Shown in pieces: positions 10,938 through 22,737 of a stretch of 64,000 nucleotides of DNA. A program made the position numbers and the translations under genes. Within the stretch, counting starts at the first letter, position 1. Each line of letters opens with the position of its first letter. This DNA comes from Tetramitus jugosus (Eukaryota > Protista > Heterolobosea), in NCBI GenBank assembly GCA_937625935.1, contig OW569377.1, forward strand, positions 62,001 to 126,000. Reading direction: 5' to 3'. A model generated the notes under the pieces. It was not told the origin of the DNA. It was given only the letters and a program-made list of their open reading frames with translations, and ran no database searches.

Positions 10938-12431
10938 ATGAAGAGATACAAACTCTCCAAGATTATAGGTGATGGCACCTTTGGCAGCGTAGTGAGAGCC
11001 GTAAACACAGAGACTGGAGAAGTCGTACGTACCATATCTTCTTGGAACAAAGAGCTATGAGCTCGTTCTGTGCAACTTGTTTGCTTTTTGTGCATTTTGA
11101 GTACTGAAGCATGTTGTTTTTCTGCGATGTCATGTAGGTTGCTATCAAGAAGATGAAAAGAAAGTATTACTCTTGGGAGGAATGTGTACAATTAAGAGAG
11201 GTTCAAACACTTCGGAAGCTCAACCATCCAAACATTGTTAAGCTGAAGGAGGTGATACGAGAGAATAACGACCTCTATTTTGTTTTCGAGTACATGGACG
11301 CAAACCTATATCAAATTATGAAAGACAGAGATAAGCACTTTTCAGAGAGCAAAATACGAAATATCATGTTTGTACACCCGTTTTACATTTAAGTGATGAG
11401 TTATTGACAGGAAGTAGGTTAACTAATACTTTTTCTTCTTCTATCTTGGTTCGTCGCACAGTTTTCAAGTTCTTCAAGGATTGGCCTACATGCACAAGCA
11501 TGGTATTTTTCATCGGGATATGAAACCAGAGAACTTGCTTGTAAATAAGGACACTGTTAAAATTGCAGATTTTGGTTTGGCGAGAGAGATTCGATCGAGA
11601 CCTCCGTTCACGGAATACGTTTCTACGAGGTGGTATAGAGCTCCAGAAGTGCTGATGCGATCTCCGAACTACAATTCACCAATCGATATTTGGGCTGTGG
11701 GTGCTATTATGGCCGAGTTGTATACTTTGAGACCCTTATTCCCTGGAACAAGTGAACCAGATGAAATATTTAAGATATGTTCAGTGTTAGGTACACCAAC
11801 GACACAAACATGGGACGAGGGTCTAAGGTTAGCGAAGCGAATGGGGTTCAAGTATCCAAAATTTGTTACTACTCCACTCGAGAACTTGGTCAGGAACGCT
11901 AGTCCTGAAGCCATTCAATTAATGACTGATCTAATGAACTTTGATCCGAATAAGCGGCCCACATGTAGTCAGGCGTTGCAATATCCTTTCTTCACTGTTG
12001 GTATATCGGTACCCTTGCCTATCAAAACGAGCACCGAACCCCCTAAATCTGCTCGCTCGACTATTATGCCGAATTCAAACCAGATGAATGCCAACTCTTT
12101 GTTCACCTCGAAAACTGCACCTGTAAAATCCAGCAGTTCAACTAGTCAGTATCAGCAACAATACTACACGAATACATCAAGAAAGGGAAGTGCGAACATA
12201 TTAGAAAAACCGAAGAGTCCTCCAGGAAAGAGAGGAAATCTTTCCAACAACAATACACTAACTGCCAACAGCAATAACAATCTAGGTCGATTTGGAAGCG
12301 CGAGATATCGGCCAGGCATAACATCAACGAAACCTCCAATATCAACCAACGTTGGGCTAATGAATCGAATTGGCTTAGGATTTGACAATATGTCTCCCTC
12401 AACGAACCAGCATTTGCCAATTAAAAACTGA
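10938..12431 (+). CDS. MAK/ICK-family (RCK) Ser/Thr kinase; introns 11025-11137 and 11368-11461
   Basis: [67 protein letters not shown]. Both introns keep the frame. Confidence 0.95.
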
Positions 12432-12511
12432 TTTCCAAGAAAATAGTTTAATATGTTTTAACGATGATTTGCTTGAGTGGAGTTACATGATGGAAGAAGG
12501 AAGTAGCAAAT

Positions 12512-13834
12512 CTAAAGTTGCATATTTTCTTCGATGAGCATTTCGTGTACCGAAGAGTATCCCTTCTTTTGGGCCTCTCTGGTAGTGACTGAGAAGGGAA
12601 CCTTGTTGGCTCGCTTTCTGCAACTGCTACAATTGCACGTATCTGTGCATATTGGACACTTCCAATCGTCTCTCAAAACGTTTCCTTGCTGGAAATCAAC
12701 ATCCTGTCCATACCTGTTCTTCAGGCAAGTGCTACAGAAGTGAGAGCTATAGGATTCCCAATCAGCGATTGGGTGGGTGAGATCATGTGATTTCTTCACA
12801 TATCGCAAATAGCAGAACTTGCACGAGGATTTTAACTCCACTGTTTTCTGCTTGCATTGATGGCATGTGATACCGGGTTGCTGGACGTTGCGTCCTCTGC
12901 CTCGGCCAAGATTTTTGGTCTTCGATGAAGACGAAGTAGCAGATGGTGATGAATCCGAAACAACAGCTTCACTGTCCTCTTCACCTTCATTGTCTGTTGC
13001 AACAACATTGTCTTCGTTCTCTTCTTCATCCTCGTCATTGATCTTGACTTCTTGCCGCGTTCCATTTCTGACAGTTGAATTGCTCCTGTCAACTCTCCTT
13101 CTCTTTCTTGGTGTCACAGATTTTGATTTCTTGAGAGAGGGAGCAGAGATGGACACCCTTTTTCGATTCGGTGGAGATTGGTGGGAATGACGATGGTTCT
13201 TTGACAATGTCTTTCTTGGTGTGTATGCTTCATCGCCCTCATCATCCTCTTCATCGTCCTCTTCCTCACTGTCATGGCTTCTTTGTTCATCATCTTCATC
13301 ACCAGAGCTGCTTTCCTTCTCGGAGGAGTCTTCTTTCTCTGGCACCTTTTTCAAATGAGAGCTGTCCATCTCACTCTTGTTGTTAGAACGTTTCTTCCAA
13401 TGTCCTTGTGAAGAACCATTCTCCTTCTTGATTTCAGGAAGAATTCGAGAGTTGGAGCTTTCAATGGTTGAAAGCGCTGTAAGAGTCACCATAGTGGTTG
13501 TCGTCGTTGTAATCTCTGTGGTGAAACCAATGAGCGAGTGCGAAATAGATGCCCTCTTCTTGAACGGCACACCGTAATTTTTCGCAAACAGATCTTGGCG
13601 CGAAAGTTCTGTGGTGGCGCGAAATGACCGTAGATCCTTCTCATCTTGCGCATTCACTTTTCTAAAGTGATTTTGCTGTGGACAGTGATGCGCAAAGCTT
13701 TCGCCTTGACAAACACTGTTGTCCCCGTTGCTGACTGTAGGAGAATGACTGCCGCTGTTGTAGTCATCGCTTCGCACGTTGCCGTTGGGAGATGAGGACA
13801 CTGGTGCGATGCGGGATGTAATAAAAGTGGTCAT
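12512..13834 (-). CDS. zf-4CXXC_R1 (CDCA7/JPO-like) zinc-finger nuclear protein
   Basis: C-terminal CHQCKQK...CKFC...FCSTCLKNRYG...WKCPICTDTCNCSSCRKR; acidic and NLS-like N-terminal half. Confidence 0.85.
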   Translation of the reverse strand: MTTFITSRIAPVSSSPNGNVRSDDYNSGSHSPTVSNGDNSVCQGESFAHHCPQQNHFRKVNAQDEKDLRSFRATTELSRQDLFAKNYGVPFKKRASISHSLIGFTTEITTTTTTMVTLTALSTIESSNSRILPEIKKENGSSQGHWKKRSNNKSEMDSSHLKKVPEKEDSSEKESSSGDEDDEQRSHDSEEEDDEEDDEGDEAYTPRKTLSKNHRHSHQSPPNRKRVSISAPSLKKSKSVTPRKRRRVDRSNSTVRNGTRQEVKINDEDEEENEDNVVATDNEGEEDSEAVVSDSSPSATSSSSKTKNLGRGRGRNVQQPGITCHQCKQKTVELKSSCKFCYLRYVKKSHDLTHPIADWESYSSHFCSTCLKNRYGQDVDFQQGNVLRDDWKCPICTDTCNCSSCRKRANKVPFSVTTREAQKKGYSSVHEMLIEENMQL

Positions 13835-14927
13835 GGCTCTGTTTCTTAAAGCTTTTTCTTTTCTTTAGGTGGTGCCCGTGGTTGGTGGTTGAGTGGTGGT
13901 TTGAGTTAGGACTTTAGAGATCTAAAACTGCCTGGGTAGTAGTCGCTTGTGCTTGGAAAAGGTTCAGGCGCAAGTCGCGCAGAGAGAATTGGATTTCAAA
14001 GGGAAGGGCTTCTGCCTGCTGGATGGATAACTTGACACTCACCTGTTTGCGCGTGAGTGGTTCACTCAGTATGCTTGTGCGATCGTTTTTGTTTTGTTAG
14101 GTGGGGTTTTCGTATGCTGTTGTTGTTCAGAGAGAATGGATTTTTGGCCAAAAACTCTGGAAGCGCCGAGCATAACCGTGGAGGGCAATTTGCGAGATCC
14201 TCACACATCGAAATCCTTGTGTGTACAATGCAGTTTCGATGAGTGGAAATTCTCTCATCCCCGTTCAGTCTGAACATACCTTCGATTGATGTGTGACGCG
14301 TGAGTAGCCTTCATAAGGATGATCGGAGAAAGTTGGGCATCGTAGTAATTAGAAAAAAAACCATAGCAGGATAAGCCGCCAGATTTAGTGTAAATTTGGT
14401 ACCGTTCGCGAATGTGAATGTAATCTGGACAATAAGGAATTACTGTTTTGTGGTTGAAGCGTTCAGAGCCATGTCCAGGTTAAATTTCTTAATGATCTTC
14501 CCTCAACAGTCACTCAATTAGGTCGTTACAATAGAAGGACTGACCTTGAGTTGCGATCTCGTCAAGAGGTTCAATCGAATGAAAAAAATTAATCAGATTC
14601 GTTTCACCAAGCAGTTTGTAGCGCGGTGGCAATACCAGTGAAAATATAGCACGGCGGTAATGGTCATCGAATGAGCTCATCTCCAACCTCCAAAGTGAGG
14701 AATCAGTAGGGTGGAAGGAGTAAGGGACCTCCATGAGTTTGTTGTGCAGTGAGTAGTTCGTTTCTTCTTGTTACCGACGATGTTCAGGAAACGAGGAAGA
14801 ATACGGCAGAACAAAATTTGCATATTTGAGCTCCGACACTTTTCTCCGCTCGGAATGAAAAAAATGAGTTAACAAAAAATTCGTCAAACAATCATTTTCA
14901 TTCACGCAACAAACAACAACAATAGCA

Positions 14928-15893
14928 ATGATGTATTCATCCAAATCTCTTCTTGTTCGAAAGACAGCACACTCACTCCTGCATCATCACCGCAGCAGTA
15001 CCACCAGCTCTCACTCACAATGTGCATCCCTCATTCGTTTCTACTCTGCCACTCCCGCCAACAATAATACTCCTACTACCAATAATACTCCGACTGAACC
15101 TGTAGATAACAATGATGGCGATACTGTAAAAACCAGTGACAACACGACTGAAAATATCAAAAACTCTGAAAATGTGTTCCGTAACAGACAAGTCCTAAAG
15201 CAGAAGCCAACAAGAGCAGCCATTGCACAAACACATAGAATTCTTGCGACTGGCATCTCAATCACTGTGCCTCCCATGAGACTTGTTGAAAAATTGACTA
15301 TTCCAAAGAAGGCACACGAGTTGACACCAGAAGACATTCAAGAACTGGAGAAGGAACAGTACAAGAATAGAATGAAGGACGCTGTTGGTTACATTCCAGA
15401 CGGTTACGAGTACGATAAGGCACCACAGACCGTTCCAGAGTTTGTCGAACGGAGAAGAAAGAACAGAGAAGAGTTGGAGCAATTGTTGGCGAGAGATGAT
15501 GTCGATTCCAAGTTCAAGGAGAAGATTACAGAGGTGTTGGAATTGGAAGACATGGTCAAAAAGTATATCGAAGAGGAGAAGCCTCAGAATATGACAGATC
15601 CGAGATTGGAGCCTCGAATTCCAGGTGTCGATTATGACAAGTGGTCTGCGCCTGCTCCGGGAACTGAAGCAGCAAAGAATGAACCCATTTCCAACTGGGA
15701 GAGCAAGTTTGCTGGAAAGACTGTGGGTCATGGTGCCCCTGCATCCTACTCGCAACTCATTGGCATCATTTTGGCCACTTGTCTCGCTTCAGCTGTGACT
15801 CTGGGATTGGCCAAGCCTGGATTTGATCAGTACATTATGGAACCATTGTTTGGAAAGAAGGAATCAGACAGCAAGGATGTGGGTCTTAGATAA
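14928..15893 (+). CDS. Hypothetical mitochondrial protein with C-terminal TM helix
   Basis: Ser/Arg-rich, acid-free presequence ending RFYS; hydrophobic LIGIILATCLASAVTLGLA near the C-terminus; 321 aa. Confidence 0.65.
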   Translation: MMYSSKSLLVRKTAHSLLHHHRSSTTSSHSQCASLIRFYSATPANNNTPTTNNTPTEPVDNNDGDTVKTSDNTTENIKNSENVFRNRQVLKQKPTRAAIAQTHRILATGISITVPPMRLVEKLTIPKKAHELTPEDIQELEKEQYKNRMKDAVGYIPDGYEYDKAPQTVPEFVERRRKNREELEQLLARDDVDSKFKEKITEVLELEDMVKKYIEEEKPQNMTDPRLEPRIPGVDYDKWSAPAPGTEAAKNEPISNWESKFAGKTVGHGAPASYSQLIGIILATCLASAVTLGLAKPGFDQYIMEPLFGKKESDSKDVGLR

Positions 15894-16091
15894 TTTGCGA
15901 GAGCACATGTGTGAGGTTCATTTCAAAAGGGTCATTGCATCATTCAAGGGGTGTGGGCAAAGTATCAATCGTGCCATATTTTTCAACTTCAATCAAATTG
16001 TGAAAACTTTTTCTCCGCCCAGAAGTCCATTTTTTTTCGCGAACAAAAAACCGATCAACAACAAGCAAAGACATCAAAACACGATAGAGTC

Positions 16092-16727
16092 ATGTCAATA
16101 CTCGCATCATCAAATCTAGAAATAACACAACTGATTGATTGTGTACCATATGCCGACGGAGAATTATCGAATGTCGATCGGAGGCGCGTTCAATTATTGA
16201 TTGAAGAAGAAATGAACAAAAATGAACAACAACAACATCAAAACAACAGAAATGATCACGACACAAGCAATGTCTTCAAAGATGAAATCCTACAAAACAC
16301 CTATGACCAATTCGTGAAAAACAATTGTAAATTTCCCGCGCTTCCAAACACAAAAAATAGCATGGATCCGATGAAGCTTCAATCAAAATTACAAAATGAC
16401 AAGAACCAAAAAATCAACATGTCGTTGCTAGAGAGCAATGCGCGATCGTATTGGACAGCTTATCTGAAGCAAATGGAGCAAAATGTAACAAAAATAAACA
16501 ATGAAAAATCAAAAATCAATGCAGAGCTACAGAGAGTTCAGCTCAAGAGGAAGAGAGAACAAGTTGAGTTCTCAATGAAGGAGTCAGCTCTGAGAGCAGA
16601 GTGGTGGTCATTGGTGAGGTCATCCAATCGAGTGATGCAAGGAGTGATGGACCTTGAGTCAGCATGTGCAAAATATAGACGTATTTTGGATGAGAGAGAA
16701 GAGCTCAGCAAGTCAATTGAGGAATAA
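16092..16727 (+). CDS. Pre-mRNA splicing factor SPF27/BCAS2-like
   Basis: LIDCVPYAD...VQLLIEEEM at the N-terminus, then coiled-coil with RKREQ and LRAEWWSLV, as in SPF27. Confidence 0.78.
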   Translation: MSILASSNLEITQLIDCVPYADGELSNVDRRRVQLLIEEEMNKNEQQQHQNNRNDHDTSNVFKDEILQNTYDQFVKNNCKFPALPNTKNSMDPMKLQSKLQNDKNQKINMSLLESNARSYWTAYLKQMEQNVTKINNEKSKINAELQRVQLKRKREQVEFSMKESALRAEWWSLVRSSNRVMQGVMDLESACAKYRRILDEREELSKSIEE

Positions 16728-17157
16728 AATATTTGGCTTATTGTATGTCAAGTTTGTGTTGTATATTTTATTTGTGTTGTTTGTGGATATTGTAAATTTT
16801 GACAGTGACAGTTGTGAGCGATTCTTTACAATTTTTTGCGCGCAAAAAAGCTCTTCGGAGAAAAATCATCTAAAATTATGGTTGGTTAGATGGCGAATCA
16901 AAGTTGACCACGTGCCTCCTAACTCGGTCAACTGAATATAGTTTGGAAGGACCTTCCAAATGATCAATATTAGCGATTCTTTTTTACTTGGAACCAGCAA
17001 ACAACAACGAAGCATAAAAAGTGTCCATCTCAACAAGGAATCTAACATTATTCCAACCATAGTTATATTCAATTTTAAATAACTGCCATCTAGCTCATTT
17101 ATCACTCTTTATTCTAATCGGAGCCACATTCCTGAACAACAAACCTACAAGTTAACC

Positions 17158-18519
17158 ATGATAAAAATCGACCAATACAACCTTACAAGCAACACGGACA
17201 AGCAAAGAGTTCTAAAGAGTGCCAAGCTCAATGATGAGCCACACTGGGTTCAGCAATTGATAAAAGCTATCTCAACGAACAACAAGACAGAAATTGAGAG
17301 TATCAGTCAAAGACACTCCCGATGGCTCAACAAACCACTCCCATCACACAAGGGACAATCCATGTGCGATGCCATTCGTTCCCAGAACCAAAACATTTTG
17401 CACCTCGTTTTCCGCTATTGTCCTTCGGAGCACGTGTGGAGTTGTCTGCATTTATTTGATACGGTGTTCAATGTCGACGAGGATTTCATGTGTCTCATGT
17501 TTCAAGAGGACAAGAACGGATTTACACCTATTCACTATGCATTCATTTTTGCCAAATTTGAAGACGTGTGGTTCATTGTTCATTCCGTATTAAACTCGAG
17601 TTTGCACATGTGGAACGAGTGGAGCGCTGAAGAAACTGAAAAGAGGAATTCAATGCAAGCCCAGGACAACATTTTGTTTGACAATGAAATGTACAGTCTG
17701 TTGTTGAAGCCTTTTCGGTCAATACAGATGAATGATGAATTGATGAGAGATGAGAATCGATTCTCTGCTTTTGTCCAATGTCAACTGAATCGAAAATTGA
17801 ACTTGAGTTGTGAAGATGATTTGTACTTGCCCATGACGCAATTGTTGGTTCAACACTTTGGTTTCTGTGATGTGAATGCATCGGTGGTGGAGGACAGCAA
17901 AACACCACTGTTTACTGCCGTGGTGCGCAGACAAACAAGAACAATTGATTACCTAGTGAGTCAATGTTCAGCAAATGTCAATTCAATTGACCCAACGAAT
18001 GACTATTCAGTACTGACGTACTGCATCGTCCAGGGAGAGGACATGGATCAGTTAAGGTACTTTGTGGCACATGGAGCAGATGTTAACCTTGGTCATTGTG
18101 TCGAGAAATCCGTGGAGTTGCTCAGGAGAGACGTATTGAAGTTTCTGTTGGACAATAAGGCAACTCCACCGGATGATATTCTATATCACGTGTTTGCTCA
18201 CGATGCATCAAACAACCAATTACAAGAAGAAGTTCCACAAAAGCGCCGAAGTGAACAGCATTCAGTTATTGAAACTCTTCTTGACAGCTTCCAAGGATCA
18301 ATAGAGGAAAAAGCGCGAATGATTAATTATAGTGAGAAGGATAAGTGTGATACCATGATTGTGGAATGCACAAGAAGGGGCATGGATAAAACTGTTGATC
18401 TTCTATTGGAAAATGGAGCCGATCTCAGTGCCAGCTCACAAGACTTGCAGAAAAAGTTGATTCAACAATGGGAGATTACCTCTCAAAAGAAGCCAAAGCG
18501 TGCAAAGATTCCAATCTAA
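17158..18519 (+). CDS. Ankyrin-repeat protein
   Basis: DKNGFTPIHYA, KTPLFTAV, VAHGADVN, LLLENGADL. Confidence 0.82.
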   Translation: MIKIDQYNLTSNTDKQRVLKSAKLNDEPHWVQQLIKAISTNNKTEIESISQRHSRWLNKPLPSHKGQSMCDAIRSQNQNILHLVFRYCPSEHVWSCLHLFDTVFNVDEDFMCLMFQEDKNGFTPIHYAFIFAKFEDVWFIVHSVLNSSLHMWNEWSAEETEKRNSMQAQDNILFDNEMYSLLLKPFRSIQMNDELMRDENRFSAFVQCQLNRKLNLSCEDDLYLPMTQLLVQHFGFCDVNASVVEDSKTPLFTAVVRRQTRTIDYLVSQCSANVNSIDPTNDYSVLTYCIVQGEDMDQLRYFVAHGADVNLGHCVEKSVELLRRDVLKFLLDNKATPPDDILYHVFAHDASNNQLQEEVPQKRRSEQHSVIETLLDSFQGSIEEKARMINYSEKDKCDTMIVECTRRGMDKTVDLLLENGADLSASSQDLQKKLIQQWEITSQKKPKRAKIPI

Positions 18520-18596
18520 TTCATTCGTCGTCGTGTAAACTTGTCAATTGTATAAATATGATCCAGCTCTTAGTCAACCGAAGAGAACTACGTTTA

Positions 18597-20183
18597 TTAT
18601 CTTCCAGTTTGTTTCACAGCCAAGTTGTCCTGTACCTCTTGTCGTACATGCTCCAATTCTATTGCTTTGTCTCCAAGTAACAGAGTCAAGAGCATAGAAT
18701 AAGGTTCCTGCTTGATGAGAAACATTGATACAAGATAGCTGAGCACCACTGCAGAATATCCCCATTTGAAGACAGGAATGATGAGAAGAGGCGTAACAGA
18801 TCGAGCACTCATCGAGAGACCATTTTGCAAGTGAATCTCATTCTTTCCTCCCTTTGTCTGATAATGTAAGAGTGCATAGCCGCACAAATGAGTAAAAGTG
18901 TGAATAGCCAAGACTGCCAGAGCTGACTTTGTTCCCAATTTTGCAATTGCAGCCACAGGTAGTCTTGAAAGAGTTCCTTGAGATCTTAAAACAATACCCT
19001 TAGCCGTTAAGAATAAATAAGGTATTGTTAGAGGTGCGATTGCTCCATATGACCAACTGGAGATGACAGTTCCTAATCTGAACGTGTCAACATATTGGTG
19101 AGCAAGTGCAGAGAGCTCCTCAACTTTCTTAAAGTTTCTCCTGTCTCCCTCAATGAGCATATCGCATGCAATATAGGCAAGGTTTCTCGTCTTTTCGTGC
19201 TTTGAAAATGTCAGTGTAAACGCACACTTTAACAAATGTTGTTTCACAAGCTGTTGAGCCTTGAATCGCGCATCATTAGGAGGAAGCTGTGCTGAAAGTA
19301 GAACAGAAGATTGTTGCGTGGTCAAGACGTTGACCAAAATCTCAGCCAGAGAGCTGTTAACCTTTGGATTGGTGGAGCATGTCATTTGCTGCAGTGAGTC
19401 CGCATAACTAGCGATTGATTCATGGGAGGAATTTAACCGAGATACAAATCGAAGCACAGAGATGCATCCCAACATGTGAGACGACTGGTTTTGACCTGGA
19501 GTAAACTTGACAGTTGAGTACTTGTTAATTCGCTCCATGAGCAAGGGCAAGAAATCGGTGCGATCCTTCAAGATTTCATCACACCAAGATTCCTTCTGAC
19601 AAATTTTGGTCAATAGAGCAATGCATGCCAGAGAGTCATTCACTTGTCCACCACTGCTTGCTTCTCCACTGCTCTCAATATGTGTTTTCAAGGCCAGATC
19701 AATCACAGAGTTCAATCTTTGCTTATCGGAGAAGAGACGATAGAGAACGAGGGGATTATCAGTCAAATGAATCAACTTGCCATAGTCAACCTTCTTGTTC
19801 TTGACTTGTTGATCTTTGCTCACTTGATCACCTTCTATTGGAACCATGGAGAAAAATTCTTCAACCTGTTGAAGAGAGAGCAGAGATGTGAAAGCTACAT
19901 AGGAACCAGAGAGTAGCAAAAAGGAACACAGATAGAATAGACCTGGATTGCTCTGTAATGCTTGATAGCTATCGTCTTGGAATGCGGAATATTGACGACG
20001 ACCGTAAAAATTTTGTTGGCGCTTAAAATGACAACCGTTTTGTAAATGGCGGGAGGAAATTGTTGTTGGTCTCTGTTGGATTGAACAGAAATGCAACTGT
20101 TGAGATACGCTCGGGTATACAGGAGTGAGGATTCGCCTGGAAAAAAGAGCCTTGGTGCTTCTTGATGCTCTTGAGATGATCAT
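18597..20183 (-). CDS. Hypothetical mitochondrial membrane protein (presequence, TM, helical-repeat region, C-terminal TMs)
   Basis: MIISRASRSTKALFSRR-type presequence, several hydrophobic segments, long open frame. Confidence 0.6.
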   Translation of the reverse strand: MIISRASRSTKALFSRRILTPVYPSVSQQLHFCSIQQRPTTISSRHLQNGCHFKRQQNFYGRRQYSAFQDDSYQALQSNPGLFYLCSFLLLSGSYVAFTSLLSLQQVEEFFSMVPIEGDQVSKDQQVKNKKVDYGKLIHLTDNPLVLYRLFSDKQRLNSVIDLALKTHIESSGEASSGGQVNDSLACIALLTKICQKESWCDEILKDRTDFLPLLMERINKYSTVKFTPGQNQSSHMLGCISVLRFVSRLNSSHESIASYADSLQQMTCSTNPKVNSSLAEILVNVLTTQQSSVLLSAQLPPNDARFKAQQLVKQHLLKCAFTLTFSKHEKTRNLAYIACDMLIEGDRRNFKKVEELSALAHQYVDTFRLGTVISSWSYGAIAPLTIPYLFLTAKGIVLRSQGTLSRLPVAAIAKLGTKSALAVLAIHTFTHLCGYALLHYQTKGGKNEIHLQNGLSMSARSVTPLLIIPVFKWGYSAVVLSYLVSMFLIKQEPYSMLLTLLLGDKAIELEHVRQEVQDNLAVKQTGR

Positions 20184-20341
20184 GCTTTTTTGCTTTTTCA
20201 CTAATCGGAGAAAAGAAAAGGAGTTTGTTGATGTAGGTCGTTCGTTGTATGGGATAAGAATACGAGTGTGTACGTTAGGTATGGATGTTGTTTCACGAAA
20301 AGGATATTTACATGTAAATGATGTTATGTGAACGTTTCTGT

Positions 20342-20965
20342 TCAATGTACTTTGACAAGTACTTCATTGTGACGATCTCTGAACTTGAAGGGATCATCGT
20401 AGATGGCCACAGTTCTCAACTCTTCTTCAAACTCAACTCCGTCATCGTGCAAACTGTCTTTCAAGGTGTTGAGGCGACTCTCCACGTCGTGGTAACTCAA
20501 GACATGTCCTCCAAACTCGAACACAGCCACTGTTACTTCAGGAGACTCAACAATTCGGATACCACTGTCTTTCTTTGGAGTAGGTGGCTTCATCGAAGAT
20601 TGATACTCGTATGGAAGATAAAATGACATGGTAAGAGTCTCTTTGTCATTTCTCGAACCATAGTATTCGACGAGTACAGGAGCTGTCATGTCAATCTTTT
20701 TTGATTCTTCGTTGCTTCCTGAGATGTAATTGTAAAGTTTCAGAAAAGCTTTGGAGTTGGCTGTGATCAGTGTTCTTCCAGTTCCTTCCACCGAAACCCA
20801 TAAACCAGACTTGTATTTGCGGATGGAGTAGTCATCTGTCTTCTTCACAATATCGAACACGGGGCAATCATACTCGTGACAGAACCATGGTTTCTCCCAA
20901 TTGTCAGCCAAAACCAGAGAGGAGAAGAGCAGAGCAACGAACAATAATACGAGGATCAACTTCAT
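20342..20965 (-). CDS. Secreted SOUL/heme-binding family protein
   Basis: Signal peptide MKLILVLLFVALLFSSLVLA; AFLKLYNYISGSNE..KIDMTAPVL, TMSFYLP, YDDPFK...RHNEV. Confidence 0.92.
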   Translation of the reverse strand: MKLILVLLFVALLFSSLVLADNWEKPWFCHEYDCPVFDIVKKTDDYSIRKYKSGLWVSVEGTGRTLITANSKAFLKLYNYISGSNEESKKIDMTAPVLVEYYGSRNDKETLTMSFYLPYEYQSSMKPPTPKKDSGIRIVESPEVTVAVFEFGGHVLSYHDVESRLNTLKDSLHDDGVEFEEELRTVAIYDDPFKFRDRHNEVLVKVH

Positions 20966-21191
20966 TTTTTCGCACTGTTTTTTGTTTTTTGATGTATTGG
21001 TCACCACACCAACCTTACAATTTTCTTTGAAGTGATCCGAACTATTTCCGTCCACAGGTTCATTTAATGAATAAAAATGGTTTACTGTTGCATAACACAA
21101 TACAATCAAAGCCCTTCAGAGAAAAGGATACAATCAATGGGTTGGTGGATTCACTCATTTCTTCGAGCCTGGAGTTAACCAAGTTCCATTC

Positions 21192-21758
21192 TTATGGAGG
21201 TGGAGTAAAACAATTTGGGCCAGTGAATCCACCAGTGCACACACAGAAATTGAATCCTTGACATGTTCCATGACCACTACAAACACCTGGATTATTTGCT
21301 GGAATACCAAAGCATGTTGGAATGAGGCCTCCATTGGTGCAGACAAAGTGATTTGGATTGTAGCATCCAGCATCTGCTGGGCAGCAGGCCAAGATTCCAC
21401 AAGCTCCAGGAACACACTTGGTGAACAATTGTCCGTTGGCACAAGCAAACTGAAACAAGGAATAGCAGGCATCTCCACACGAGAGGAAACCGAGTGGACA
21501 GAGTTTGTCTCCAGGGCTGTTACATTGATATTGATCAGGTGGATAGCATGCAAGTCCACAGGAGAGATGATTCAAAGGACAGAGTCTGTTCCCATTGTTA
21601 CATTGATGAGTAGCTTTGTTGTAACAGGTAGGACGACCTCCATTGTTGTTCAAGTCATTGCAGCAGCCGTCGTTAGGTCCACAGTTTGTGCAAGTCGTGC
21701 ATAAGCACGCACATGCATAAATTACAAGTAGAAAAGTTACAAGGATATGTGATTTCAT
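21192..21758 (-). CDS. Small secreted Cys-rich protein with CBM52-like CG.ACY....Y.C repeats and a C-terminal EGF-like domain
   Basis: Signal peptide; repeats CGLACYPPDQYQC, CGDACYSLFQFAC, GCYNPNHFVC; EGF-like VCSGHGTCQGFNFCVCTGGFTGPNC. Confidence 0.8.
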   Translation of the reverse strand: MKSHILVTFLLVIYACACLCTTCTNCGPNDGCCNDLNNNGGRPTCYNKATHQCNNGNRLCPLNHLSCGLACYPPDQYQCNSPGDKLCPLGFLSCGDACYSLFQFACANGQLFTKCVPGACGILACCPADAGCYNPNHFVCTNGGLIPTCFGIPANNPGVCSGHGTCQGFNFCVCTGGFTGPNCFTPPP

Positions 21759-22737
21759 CTTCTTGGTTTATGGTTGGTTGTATTCAGGAAAAGAATACAA
21801 TGAGCAGTTTTTTAAAGGCTCCAAAACCATCAATTGTTGATGGCAAGCCATGATGATTTTGGAGACCCATCACCCAATGCACTGGATCAAAATACTTTTT
21901 TGGCATTTGAATACCATAGTAATGATGGTGTTAGAAAGGTCGAATTGCTCTTGAAAAGAAGATGTGAATCATGGTCATGAGGTATCTGCCACCTTAAGAT
22001 GTGAACCGGTGGAGAATTGTCTCCTAAAAACAAGAACGGTTTTCCTGTAAAAGAAATAAACGATTCGAGAAGATAGAGGACGAGAGCTCATATCATCAGA
22101 GAGACCTTGAATGTTGTGGATAATTACTTTTTCAATGCCACCCAAACTATGATAACTTCGGATTTGTCACGGACAACAAGAAACTGTTGATCATTGATTT
22201 TATCGTTGTATTGACCCCTTACTCCACAGGGAAATTTCCAATCTTTCTTGAAGGGAAGTTGTCAGTATATCTACCAAGACTCAATTTATCCAGTTACTCG
22301 ATAGGCATTCTGCACAAGAGATGTCGACACAGGAGGAAATCTGCGAGAGAAGGGTTTCTTCAGTTTGGAAAAGACCTACAGGATGTTCGATATCCTCTTG
22401 AGAAGCCCTTGTTGAAAATAGTGGCTGATTCACATCAATACACTGTATATTCTTTCAAAACTTCAGAGTGATCGGAGATGAAATGGTTGGCATAACTACA
22501 GTTTTTCATCAACACCTCGTTCAACTACCTTCCAAACTCATCAGTAAAAAACACACAACTCAAACGAAGCAAACGTTGATTCATTAAATACCTTGCCGCC
22601 TTTCAAACTCTTCACCTTTACAACAGAATAAATCAATCGACACGCGTAAGTTCTGAACAGACATTTTCCGCTCTTTCGCCAAAAACAACGAAAAAAAAAA
22701 ACAACAATAACAACACAACGATCAGTAAACCAACAAG

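Noticed and set aside
13840-14920. 1.1-kb divergent intergenic region with a small hairpin near 14757-14795
   Set aside because: No snRNA, snoRNA or tRNA signature could be verified; the hairpin is short enough to be chance.
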